Shown: piece by piece, positions 21,741 to 29,878 of the stretch
How the letters are laid out: every line of letters starts with the position of its first letter
Numbering within the stretch: the first letter of the stretch is position 1
NCBI GenBank assembly: GCA_026401075.1
Contig: JAPLNQ010000265.1
Coordinates: 1-46,918 of the forward strand
DNA from: Planctomycetia bacterium
GTDB lineage: Bacteria > Planctomycetota > Planctomycetia > Pirellulales > UBA1268
Length of the DNA stretch: 46,918 bases
Direction: 5' to 3'
The notes under the pieces: model-generated
What the model was told of the DNA's origin: nothing
Database searches by the model: none
The model's input: only the letters and a program-made list of their open reading frames with translations
Position numbers and translations under genes: made by a program

Positions 21741-22199
21741 TCACGGGCCAATCGACGGCGGGCACTTGGCGAGGAAGTCGCGGGGGCCACGGGTCGTGTA
21801 ATACGGATAGGCGACGGCGCCGGTGGGCGGGCCAGCGGGGCCGGTCGCGCCGTAGTCGGAGGCTTCAAGGGCGGCCTTTTCCTCAGGACTCAGGTGATGC
21901 TTGGCAAGGCCGCCGTAAGGGCCGACATGCCGCTTATGGCACGCTCCGTCCTCGCAGGCCCCTCCCTTGCAGCCGCCCGTCGGGCAGACGCCGCCCTGAC
22001 AGGCGCCGTTTTCACATGCGCCGTCCTGGCAGGCGCCATCCTGACACGCACCGTCCTGGCACGCACCGCCGCCTGCATGCCGGGCCTGATGGGCATAAGG
22101 GCCATCGAAGTTGGCGAGGAAGAGGCGATCGACGATCGAACAGCCGCTGGACATGCCGAACACGGCGACCAACAGAGCGAAACTGGCGGAGCGTTTCAT
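21741..22199 (-). CDS. small putative lipoprotein with Cys-pentapeptide repeats and C-terminal YPYYTTRGPRDFL motif
   Basis: MKRSASFALLVAVFGMSSG-C lipobox-like N-terminus; nine Cys at exact CX4 spacing (codons 22061-21939). Confidence 0.75.
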   Translation of the reverse strand: MKRSASFALLVAVFGMSSGCSIVDRLFLANFDGPYAHQARHAGGGACQDGACQDGACQDGACENGACQGGVCPTGGCKGGACEDGACHKRHVGPYGGLAKHHLSPEEKAALEASDYGATGPAGPPTGAVAYPYYTTRGPRDFLAKCPPSIGP

Positions 22200-22413
22200 G
22201 GGCGAGGGTTCCCGAGGGGCAGGGAGGGCCGACGGCACACCGCCGCCGGACTCCACCACGATCACCAAGGGTATCGGTCGTGCCGGCCGCACCAGTTGAA
22301 AAAACTCTGCGGGCGTGAAGCCAGGCAAGATGAGAGGGACAGGATGCCCAAGCCTCGGGGGAGAGGGGTTGGGTCTGTCTCGGCATGAAGGACGAGACCG
22401 AAGGAGTTCGACC

Positions 22414-22482
22414 CGTGGCCACGAGTTTTTAACTTGTGGAATCCGCGACGGGACACGGACAAGTTGAAAACTTGCCGCCACG
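22414..22482. repeat. REP-like family B inverted doublet (REPIN-like, 69 bp)
   Basis: CGTGG CCACGAGTT TTT AACTTGTGG, 17-nt spacer, then the reverse complement of CGTGG CGGCAAGTT TTC AACTTGTCC; 3' of fabF. Confidence 0.85.
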
Positions 22483-22515
22483 GGGGACCAAGCGAACACG
22501 TCTCGTGATGTTCTG

Positions 22516-23811
22516 TCAGCCGTTAAACCGGCCGACGATCAGCGAGATGTTCTGCCCGCCGAAGCCGAAACTGTTGGAGAGCGCCTGATCGCACCTGCCT
22601 GCCCGGGCCTTGTTCGGCACGTAATCCAGGTCGCAATCGGGATCGGGATTCTCGTAGTTGATCGTGGGTGGCAGCATGCCGTCACGGATCGCCAGCAGGC
22701 AGACGATCAGTTCGGTGGCTCCCGCCGCCGCGATCAGATGCCCCATCATGCTCTTCGTGCTGGAGACCGGAATCTTGTAGGCATGCTCGCCAAACACGGT
22801 CTTGATCGCGAGCGTCTCGACACGGTCGTTCACGCTCGTGCTCGTGCCGTGGGCATTGATGTAGTGGATGTCGTGGAGGCCCAGACCCGCGTCGGCGAGT
22901 GCCAGGCGGATGCACGACGATGCCCCCCGGCCTTCGGGATGCGTGTCGGTGATCCGATAGGCATCGGCAGTCGAGCCGTAGCCGATCAGTTCACCATGGA
23001 TGTGGGCACCGCGCCGCTTTGCGTGTTCGAGTTCTTCGAGCACCACCATGGCCGCCCCCTCGCCGAGCACGAAGCCGTCGCGCTCGTTGTCAAACGGCCG
23101 GCTGGCCCGAGCGGGCTCGTCGTTGCGGGTGGAGAGGGCAGTGAGCAGGTTGAACCCGGTGACGCCGAAGGGGTGGATCATGCTGTGCGTGCCGCCGGAG
23201 AGCATCACGTCGGCCTCGCCGCGGCGGACGATCTCGGTAGCCTCGCCGATCGCCTGACTCGAAGCCGCACAGGCCGTCAGGCAGTTGAGGTTGGGCCCCT
23301 GCGCGTCGAACAGTCCCGCGAGGTGGCCGGCGGGCATGTTCGGCTCCTGCTCCACCTCCGCGAGCGGGTGGAGCGTCTCCAGTCCCTCTTTTGTGAACTT
23401 CGCCACGTCGAGCACGTCGCCCGTGATCGCGGCATTCATCATGCGGGTGAAGGAGTCGAAGTCCTGCTGCCCTTCGCCGCTGCCCAGATAGACGCCCAGT
23501 CGCGTCGGATCGGCGGGCAGACCGTGCAGCAGGCCGGCATCCTTCATTGCCTGCAGCGCCGCGCCCGCCGCGAATTTCGTGTGGCGACCGCAGAATCGCC
23601 AGCGTGCGGCGTCCTGGCCCTCGTCGCTGATGTCCCAATTGCGGACCTCGGCGGAAATCTTGGTCGGGAATCGCGAGGCGTCGAACACCGTTGTCAGGCC
23701 CACGCCCGACGCGCCCACCATGAGGTTTTTCCAGAGTGGCTCCACGCCCAAACCAAGCGGCGTGACGCAGCCAATGCCCGTGATCACCACTCTGCGCCTG
23801 CCGGCCACCAT
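22516..23811 (-). CDS. fabF: beta-ketoacyl-ACP synthase II (FabF-like)
   Basis: RRVVITGIG, TACAASSQ (Cys), NAHGTST (His), KSMMGHL (His), SNSFGFGGQN. Start 23811 (ATG) or 23853 (GTG). Confidence 0.92.
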   Translation of the reverse strand: MVAGRRRVVITGIGCVTPLGLGVEPLWKNLMVGASGVGLTTVFDASRFPTKISAEVRNWDISDEGQDAARWRFCGRHTKFAAGAALQAMKDAGLLHGLPADPTRLGVYLGSGEGQQDFDSFTRMMNAAITGDVLDVAKFTKEGLETLHPLAEVEQEPNMPAGHLAGLFDAQGPNLNCLTACAASSQAIGEATEIVRRGEADVMLSGGTHSMIHPFGVTGFNLLTALSTRNDEPARASRPFDNERDGFVLGEGAAMVVLEELEHAKRRGAHIHGELIGYGSTADAYRITDTHPEGRGASSCIRLALADAGLGLHDIHYINAHGTSTSVNDRVETLAIKTVFGEHAYKIPVSSTKSMMGHLIAAAGATELIVCLLAIRDGMLPPTINYENPDPDCDLDYVPNKARAGRCDQALSNSFGFGGQNISLIVGRFNG

Positions 23812-23846
23812 CACCGCCCTCCGCTCACCACTGGAGTCTGTCGGGA

Positions 23847-24347
23847 TCACCACTCCGGCCGCACGAGCCGATTGCCCGCTTCGTCGCGACCGACATCATA
23901 GATATGCATCTGGTCGAGCCACCGCAGCAACTCGTGGGGTTCGAACAGCTTCGGCACCCCTTCGCCCGGCTCGAGATGGGCGAAGAACAATTCAGCCTGC
24001 CCCTGCACCTTGTCGCCCACCGTGCTGGTCACCTTCGTCAGCGACCCGGCAGGCTTGAGGTCGAGAATGTCGGCACGAAACCGGATCGAATCGCCTGGCA
24101 CAGCATCGAATTGAAACTCGGCCTGAGCCACCTTCGCAAGCACGACCCGACGATTGTAGTCGATCGCATCGGCCACGAGCAGGCCCGCGGTCTGCGCCAT
24201 GCCCTCCACGATCAGCGAGTTCGGCATCAGTGCCGCCCCGGGAAAGTGGTCGTGCATGTGCTCCTCTGCGAGAGACACATTCTTGACGGCAGTGGCGTGA
24301 CGGGCCCGCACGAACTCGTCGAACCTGTCGATCCAAAACCAGCGCAT
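23847..24347 (-). CDS. FabZ/FabA-like hotdog 3-hydroxyacyl-ACP dehydratase
   Basis: MRWFWIDRF, KNVSLAEEHMHDHFPG..MP.SLIVEGMAQ. Confidence 0.88.
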   Translation of the reverse strand: MRWFWIDRFDEFVRARHATAVKNVSLAEEHMHDHFPGAALMPNSLIVEGMAQTAGLLVADAIDYNRRVVLAKVAQAEFQFDAVPGDSIRFRADILDLKPAGSLTKVTSTVGDKVQGQAELFFAHLEPGEGVPKLFEPHELLRWLDQMHIYDVGRDEAGNRLVRPEW

Positions 24348-24402
24348 AGAAGGGGAGGCCGGCAGCGAGGCCGTGTTTCCTGGGGGCGTGACAGCAGAAA
24401 AT

Positions 24403-24789
24403 TCAGGCAGCCAGCTTGCTTTGCACGTAGCGAACCATGTCCTCGACGGTGAGGGTGTTCGCAAAGTTCTGCACGCTGGGATTCTGCTCGAACTTGGCGA
24501 GATCGGCGAAAGGCATCCGTGACTTGAGCGTCGCGATGCCCTTGGCGTTCACCTTGCCGTCGACGACATACTCGGAGCTGGAGAGAACGTCTTCTGGGAA
24601 GAGTTCCCCGCGGGAGATCTTGATGCCAAACGCCTTCTCGAGGCGAAAGACGATGTCGAGGAAGTCGATTGACTCGGCACCGAGATCGCCCACCATGGTC
24701 GCGTTCGGGGAGACATCCTCCTCGTCGACGCCCAGTGCGTCTACGAGTGCAGACTTGACCTTTTCGAAAATTTCATCGCGCGACGGCAT
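24403..24789 (-). CDS. atypical extended acyl carrier protein (128 aa)
   Basis: EIFEKVKSALVDALGV..DLGAESIDFLDIVFRLEKAFGIKI, a ~45-aa insertion, then TVEDMVRYV. Confidence 0.9.
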   Translation of the reverse strand: MPSRDEIFEKVKSALVDALGVDEEDVSPNATMVGDLGAESIDFLDIVFRLEKAFGIKISRGELFPEDVLSSSEYVVDGKVNAKGIATLKSRMPFADLAKFEQNPSVQNFANTLTVEDMVRYVQSKLAA

Positions 24790-24981
24790 CGACGTGGCAC
24801 CTTGCAAACGGGGAGAAAAAACCTGACCAACATCCGAAGGTTTTAGTGTCGGCCCGCCTTCAAGGGAACCCGAATCCTATTTTTTTGGATTCCACGGCCA
24901 AAACCAGCAGAAGAGTCGACCGCGAAAGGCCGTTAAAAATGCACCTCGGCACAAAAACGCCCGCAGACCGGCCGCCACCAC

Positions 24982-25608
24982 TCACCGACCGGCCGCGGAC
25001 GGGGATCCCAGCAGGCCGGAATCACCCGCCGCTGAAACACCAGACCCTGAAACACCGGACCCTGAAACTGAAACACCAGACGCCTGCATGCCACGTGGGA
25101 CTCCGTAGGCGACCCGCCGGCCGCCGTCCAACGGCCGGGACGCCGGGTGAAGGATTGACCAGAGTTTCCTCATCTCCGCCCGCACGCGGGTGTCGACCGC
25201 GTCGCCGTAGGGAATCCGGCCGGCCATGTTGTAGCGCTCCAGCACCAGTCGGGCGGTGAGACTGGTGCGTTCTCCCACCTTTCCGCTCGCCTTGACCTTG
25301 ACGAAGGGGCCATCCTGCGACTGGATCTCGGCCGTGACGGTAAGCACCTTGCCCGGCTCGACGAAATCGCCGTATTTTACGTTCCTGGCCTCCCGCAGCA
25401 CCACGATGCTGTGGGCAAAATCCTCGCCCAAGCGGATGGCCCAGGCGGCCGCCTGCGTCATCGATTCCAGCATCAGCACGCCGGGCATCACCGGAAAGCA
25501 GGGGAAATGGTCGGCCAAATATTCCTCAGACAGGGAGAGCGTCTTGATGGCCGTGATGCTTTTGCCGGGCTCAATGGCCGTGACACGATCAAGCAGAGTG
25601 AAACGCAT
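24982..25608 (-). CDS. second FabZ-like hotdog dehydratase with low-complexity C-terminal tail
   Basis: MRFTLLDRV, KTLSLSEEYLADHFPCFPVMPGVLMLESMTQ, PG motif. The tail includes 15-bp repeats at 25032-25082. Confidence 0.88.
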   Translation of the reverse strand: MRFTLLDRVTAIEPGKSITAIKTLSLSEEYLADHFPCFPVMPGVLMLESMTQAAAWAIRLGEDFAHSIVVLREARNVKYGDFVEPGKVLTVTAEIQSQDGPFVKVKASGKVGERTSLTARLVLERYNMAGRIPYGDAVDTRVRAEMRKLWSILHPASRPLDGGRRVAYGVPRGMQASGVSVSGSGVSGSGVSAAGDSGLLGSPSAAGR

Positions 25609-26039
25609 GATGACTCCATTCAAATCGGCGAAGGTCGCAGTATAGGAAATCACCGCTGGCCGACAACCGCCGGGAACACGCCACACAATCGTTTTCAGAA
25701 AACTGCCAGGCTGACAGCCGCGCCAGACCGCACAGCCCCGAAGTTCTGCCACACCGCAGCCGGGGCCGTGTCCACCCGGGAATGAAGTCTTGTTTTTGCG
25801 GCATTCCACGCGGATCTTGTCATGCCATGTCTCGACCCATGTCTGGAGCGGGTTTTGCATACCCGCTGGATGAACTGCGCGACGAGTGAGACCGGCTCTA
25901 GACGTCCCTCACGGCGGCTCACGCTGCAGTGTAAGAAACGGCCGCACGTGCCTTCAGGCCGGCCAACGTCAAGGTATGCTGGGGGCCACAGGAGGAATCG
26001 CCTTCCGTGGCCCTCTGCTCTTTCATCTGCGGCCCTCCG

Positions 26040-26782
26040 ATGCCACTCGTGCTCTCGCCAATCACCACAGCCAACAACGGCCCGCTCTCGATCGAATTCG
26101 AGGGCCTGGTGCCCGACAGGCTTGACGGCCTGAGCGATCCAGCCGTCGCCTGTTTCCCAGTGCTGGCCGACGGCCGTCCCTGCCCGCTCGGCGACCTGTT
26201 CTCCATTCATGGCGATGCCGCCGATGGCCAGATCGAGTGCGTCGGCGACTTCTCCCGCGTACATCGGCTCGGCGCCGGCATGCAACGGGGCGGGATCACG
26301 GTGCGGGGCAGCGTCGGCCGCCACGCGGGCGAGGCGATGGCGGGGGGCAGGCTCACCGTCAACGGCGACGCCGGCGACTGGCTGGCTGCCGGGATGACGG
26401 GTGGCGAGGTGCTGGTGGAGGGCAACGCCGGCGACAACGTCGCGGCGGCACTCCCCGGCAATGATCTCGGCGTCCGCGGCGGGCTGATCGCGATCAACGG
26501 CGATGCCGGCTGCCTGGCTGGTGCACGCATGCGACGCGGCCTGCTCGGCATCGGCGGCTCCTGCGGCGAGGCGGCCGCCTTTGAAATGCGGGCCGGCACG
26601 GTGCTCGTGGCCGGTCGGGTGGGCCCGCGGCCGGGCATGGGGATGCGGCGGGGCTCGCTCATTGTCCGGTCGGCGATGCCGGACGTACCGCCAACTTTTT
26701 CTTCGGCGGCGTCTGGCAGCAGTGGCATGGCGATCTCCTGGCCGGCGGCCGGGGCGAGATTTTCCACCGACTCCGCCCCTGA
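26040..26782 (+). pseudogene. fhcC: formylmethanofuran dehydrogenase / formyltransferase-hydrolase complex subunit C, frameshifted near 26697-26701
   Basis: GXGXG beta-helix repeats (GAGMQRGGITVRGSVG, GEAMAGGRLTVNGDAG, GARMRRG, GMGMRRGS). The family-type ending GDLLAGGRGEIF is in the -1 frame (26702-26782); the unshifted frame stops at 26807. Confidence 0.75.
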
Positions 26783-26879
26783 GCCCAAAAATCGCGGGTT
26801 TTCGTAACCCCGCTTCCGAGACGGTCGATTCTCCGTTATTCTTTGGGGCTCGCGTTCCGACCCCCACAAGACAGCAACT

Positions 26880-27248
26880 ATGCCCACGATCAGCCAGCTC
26901 GTCCGCAGCCGCCGCCGGCCCAAGCGGAAGTTTTCCAAGTCGCCCGTGCTCGACCGCTGCCCGCAGAAGCGCGGTGTCTGTCTGCAGGTTCGCACGATGA
27001 CGCCCAAGAAGCCGAACTCGGCTCTTCGGAAGATTGCCCGCGTGCGGCTGTCGAATCAGAAGGAAGTCACCGTCTACATCCCGGGTGAAGGCCACAACCT
27101 GCAGGAGCACTCGATTGTGCTCATCCGCGGCGGCCGTGTTCGCGACCTCCCCGGTGTTCGCTACCACATCATTCGCGGTGCGCTCGACACGCTGGGCGTG
27201 CAGGGTCGGAAGCAGTCCCGCAGTCTCTACGGTGCAAAGAAGGGTTGA
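26880..27248 (+). CDS. rpsL: 30S ribosomal protein S12
   Basis: [45 protein letters not shown]. Confidence 0.99.
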   Translation: MPTISQLVRSRRRPKRKFSKSPVLDRCPQKRGVCLQVRTMTPKKPNSALRKIARVRLSNQKEVTVYIPGEGHNLQEHSIVLIRGGRVRDLPGVRYHIIRGALDTLGVQGRKQSRSLYGAKKG

Positions 27249-27273
27249 CTCTCTAAAGGGTTGTTAAGCAATA

Positions 27274-27744
27274 ATGGGAAGAATCACGTCGAGCCGCGAG
27301 CAACTCCGTCCCGATCCGCGTTTCGGATCGTTGTTGGCGAGCAAGTTCGTCAACTGCCTGATGGAAGACGGCAAGAAGAGCGTCGCCCAAAACATCTTCT
27401 ACAAGGCGATGGACATCGTCTCCGAGAAGATCACCGACGCCGAGCCGATCGAGATCTTCAACCGCGCCATCGAAAACATCAAACCTTCGGTCGAAGTTCG
27501 GTCGAAGCGTGTCGGTGGTGCCGCCTACCAGGTGCCGATGCAGGTGAGCCGCAACCGGCAGCAGTCGCTGGCGATCCGCTGGCTGCTCCTCTCGGTCCGT
27601 GAGAAGAAGGGCCGGGGCACGCATGAGAAGCTCGCCGAGGAAATCGTCGCTGCCTACAAGCGCGAAGGTGCCGCGGTGACCAAGCGTGACAACGTGCACC
27701 GCATGGCCGACGCCAACAAGGCGTTCGCTCACTTCGCCTGGTAA
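27274..27744 (+). CDS. rpsG: 30S ribosomal protein S7
   Basis: [50 protein letters not shown]. Confidence 0.99.
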   Translation: MGRITSSREQLRPDPRFGSLLASKFVNCLMEDGKKSVAQNIFYKAMDIVSEKITDAEPIEIFNRAIENIKPSVEVRSKRVGGAAYQVPMQVSRNRQQSLAIRWLLLSVREKKGRGTHEKLAEEIVAAYKREGAAVTKRDNVHRMADANKAFAHFAW

Positions 27745-27754
27745 GGCGTGAGGC

Positions 27755-28264
27755 ATGGACCCTGCAGCCTCGCATCTCCTCGGGGAGTTGATCCGCGGCC
27801 GGTCCGTGGCTTCGCTGGCCACGCTCCACGTAGGCCTGCCGTTCGCTTCGATGGTGCCCTATGCCGTCTGGCACGACGACGCCACTGAGCGACTGCTCCT
27901 CGTCACGCATGTCAGCCGGCTCTCGGCCCACACTCGCGACATGCTCGAGACGCCGCAGGTCTGCCTGCTGATCACGGCGCCGGAAACCGGCGAGGACTTG
28001 GAATCTGTGCCACCGCAGGCGTTGCCACGGGTGTCGATCCCGGCCGTCGCTTCGTTCATCGATCGGGAGCATGCTGACTATTCCTCGCTCGCCCTGGCGT
28101 ATCTGGAAAAGTTTCCCTTCGCAGCCGACTGGTTCCAGCTCGGCGACTTTTCCATCGTGGCGTTTGCGCCATCGGGCTCCGCCCGCTTTATCGCCGGCTT
28201 CGCCCGCGCGATGACGGTCTCTGTCGCGCAGTTGCGTGCCGCCATCGGCGGTGCCGCAACATAG
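27755..28264 (+). CDS. pyridoxamine 5'-phosphate oxidase-like / HugZ-type split-barrel protein
   Basis: VASLATL..PFASMVPY, SRLSAHTRDM, PQALPRVSI, YLEKFP..FQLGDF, RFIAGFARA. Confidence 0.8.
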   Translation: MDPAASHLLGELIRGRSVASLATLHVGLPFASMVPYAVWHDDATERLLLVTHVSRLSAHTRDMLETPQVCLLITAPETGEDLESVPPQALPRVSIPAVASFIDREHADYSSLALAYLEKFPFAADWFQLGDFSIVAFAPSGSARFIAGFARAMTVSVAQLRAAIGGAAT

Positions 28265-28310
28265 CGAAAACGGCAGAAGCGATCCGCGTGAAATAGCCCA
28301 CCACCCGGAT

Positions 28311-28378
28311 TCCCTTGCTGGCGCTGCGGCCTTGGATGAAGAGTGGCTCCCATCCAAGCCCGACGCACGAGCGAGGGA
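28311..28378. repeat. REP-like family C inverted doublet (28-bp imperfect arms, 12-nt spacer, 68 bp); possible bidirectional terminator
   Basis: TCCCTTGCTGGCGCTGCGGCCTTGGATG versus the reverse complement of the right arm, TCCCTCGCTCGTGCGTCGGGCTTGGATG (22/28 identical); between convergent genes. Confidence 0.7.
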
Positions 28379-28426
28379 GTCCGCGACGCAAGCACACCTC
28401 GCGGCCGCTGCTTATTCGAGCCGTTT

Positions 28427-29008
28427 TCATTCGAGCAGCGGAGCGAGCCAAGCGGGCACCGGTTGATGCAGCGTCTGCAGCCTTCCACGCTCGAACACGG
28501 CCACCAGCCGGTACGGCCTGCTCAGATCGTCGTTGTCGTAGATCCGAACATGGGGCAGTTCGCGAATGGCGGCCCGGAGGTTCTCGACCGTGCGTGGATA
28601 CCGGCCACGGATTTTCTCCGTCGGCACGTCGTGCCCCCCCTGCAACACCCGCATGGCGACGCGAGCTTCGCAGGCATCCGGTCCCGAGACGCCGATAAAA
28701 CAGACCGCCACGGTGTAGCCCGCCGCATCAGCCTGCTTGAGAAATGCCAGCTTGTCCCCCACCGGATCGGAAAACACCGTCTCAAAAACAAAGCTCTCGC
28801 CACGTGCGACAAACGCACGCCTCAGCGTATCGGCCACGCGGGCCGCAGCATACGGGTCGAGGTCGAGTTCGCGGGCCAACACGTCGGCGTTGATGAACGG
28901 CAGGCCGGCGTGGCTCAGGTGGGCACGATAGAACGTCGTTTTGCCGGCGCCGTTGGGGCCGGCGATCGCGACGATCGTCGGCCCGGCATCCAGCCGCACG
29001 ACGTCCAT
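28427..29008 (-). CDS. zeta toxin-like P-loop ATPase/kinase (putative toxin)
   Basis: IAGPNGAGKTTF Walker A, FINAD, SFVFETVFS, RVAMRVLQGGHDVP..KIRGRY, IYDN; TGATG-coupled to the upstream gene. Confidence 0.85.
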   Translation of the reverse strand: MDVVRLDAGPTIVAIAGPNGAGKTTFYRAHLSHAGLPFINADVLARELDLDPYAAARVADTLRRAFVARGESFVFETVFSDPVGDKLAFLKQADAAGYTVAVCFIGVSGPDACEARVAMRVLQGGHDVPTEKIRGRYPRTVENLRAAIRELPHVRIYDNDDLSRPYRLVAVFERGRLQTLHQPVPAWLAPLLE

Positions 29009-29376
29009 CACTCGGCTGCCTGAAACCGACGGTTGACGAAGCGGCCGACTGTCCGCCTCCCATTCTCCTCGATGCGAACCAGCATCCCGGGCGCATCTGC
29101 TGCCGGCTCGAAATGGGGAAAGGGCTGGGCGGCCAGGTGCTCGGCCACCCGGCGCCGACCAGTCGGCGAATCAACCGCTTCCAGGCATTCCGAGAGCGGC
29201 CTGACCGCCCCGGCCCTGCGCAAGGCCAACGCCTGGGCTCCCTGCAGCAACGGTTCGATGGCCCGCCCCAGTTGCGCCCAATACTCGATCTGACCGGCGA
29301 TCGAACGCTCCGCGACCGCCGACGTCAGCCGTGCATCAAGCACGAGTTCTTCGGAAAGCTTTACGGGTTGGCTCAC
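29008..29376 (-). CDS. ParD-like family antitoxin
   Basis: GTG start; SQPVKLSEELVLDARL..RSIAGQIEYWAQLGRAIE signature. Confidence 0.82.
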   Translation of the reverse strand: MSQPVKLSEELVLDARLTSAVAERSIAGQIEYWAQLGRAIEPLLQGAQALALRRAGAVRPLSECLEAVDSPTGRRRVAEHLAAQPFPHFEPAADAPGMLVRIEENGRRTVGRFVNRRFQAAE

Positions 29377-29402
29377 AGGCCAATGGTAGCAAAACGCTAC
29401 CA
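29377..29402 (-). promoter_or_regulatory. extended -10 promoter (TGcTACCAT) of a probable leaderless mRNA, overlapped by palindrome TGGTAGC-N5-GCTACCA
   Basis: Minus strand reads TGGTAGCGTTTTGCTACCATTGGCCT-GTG; the -10-like hexamer is 6 nt before the start codon and no SD is present. Confidence 0.6.
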
Positions 29403-29485
29403 GTCTTTCAACGAGGCATTGAGGCCGGCTCTTCCAGGCATCGGCCCGCAGCCGCCGACGGCAGAAAGCGACTCGTGACTGCACA

Positions 29486-29514
29486 CATAAACAACCGATA
29501 TATGATTGTTTATG
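29486..29514. promoter_or_regulatory. inverted repeat CATAAACAA-N11-TTGTTTATG, probable operator upstream of the HipB-like gene
   Basis: Perfect 9-bp AT-rich arms, 31 nt upstream of ATG 29546. Confidence 0.6.
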
Positions 29515-29545
29515 GCAAACAAGCACTCATGCATCGGATTTTATC

Positions 29546-29878
29546 ATGCGATCTGCGCTTCTCAACCGAACCCCGCAACGGGTCTTGCGATCGCTTCAAA
29601 AAATGGGCGGCGACATCGCGGTCGCGCGTCGCAAACGGCACGTGACCATCGCGATGATGGCCGAGCGGATCGGCGTGGCCCAAAGCACGTATGCGCGCAT
29701 CGAAAAAGGCGATCCGAAGGTGGCGATTGGCGCCTATGCAATGGCGCTCTTCGTGCTGGGTCTCGGCGAAGTGCTGGGCGATGTGGCGGACGTTCGCCGC
29801 GATGATCAGGGGCTGCTTCTCGACGCAGAACGCCTGCCGAAAAGGGTGCGGGTCAAAAAGAGTCCCACTCCCTCATGA
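29546..29878 (+). CDS. XRE-family HTH protein, HipB-like antitoxin
   Basis: IAVARRKRHVTIAMMAERIGVAQSTYARIEKGDPKV HTH; ATGA overlap with the hipA-like gene. Confidence 0.85.
   Translation: MRSALLNRTPQRVLRSLQKMGGDIAVARRKRHVTIAMMAERIGVAQSTYARIEKGDPKVAIGAYAMALFVLGLGEVLGDVADVRRDDQGLLLDAERLPKRVRVKKSPTPS

Noticed and set aside
25609-26039. Riboswitch, ncRNA or sigma54 promoter in the 430-bp divergent intergenic region
   Set aside because: Only a short hairpin (AGCGGGT..ACCCGCT near 25847-25867) and TGGCA half-sites without a correctly spaced TTGC were found; no known RNA motif was recognisable by eye. An Rfam scan would be needed.
26691-26705. Programmed -1 frameshift in fhcC
   Set aside because: ACT TTT TCT is not a canonical X XXY YYZ slippery heptamer, and sequence appears to be missing, which favours a deletion or an error.
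25695-27167. 490-aa - strand ORF
   Set aside because: Antisense to rpsL and fhcC.
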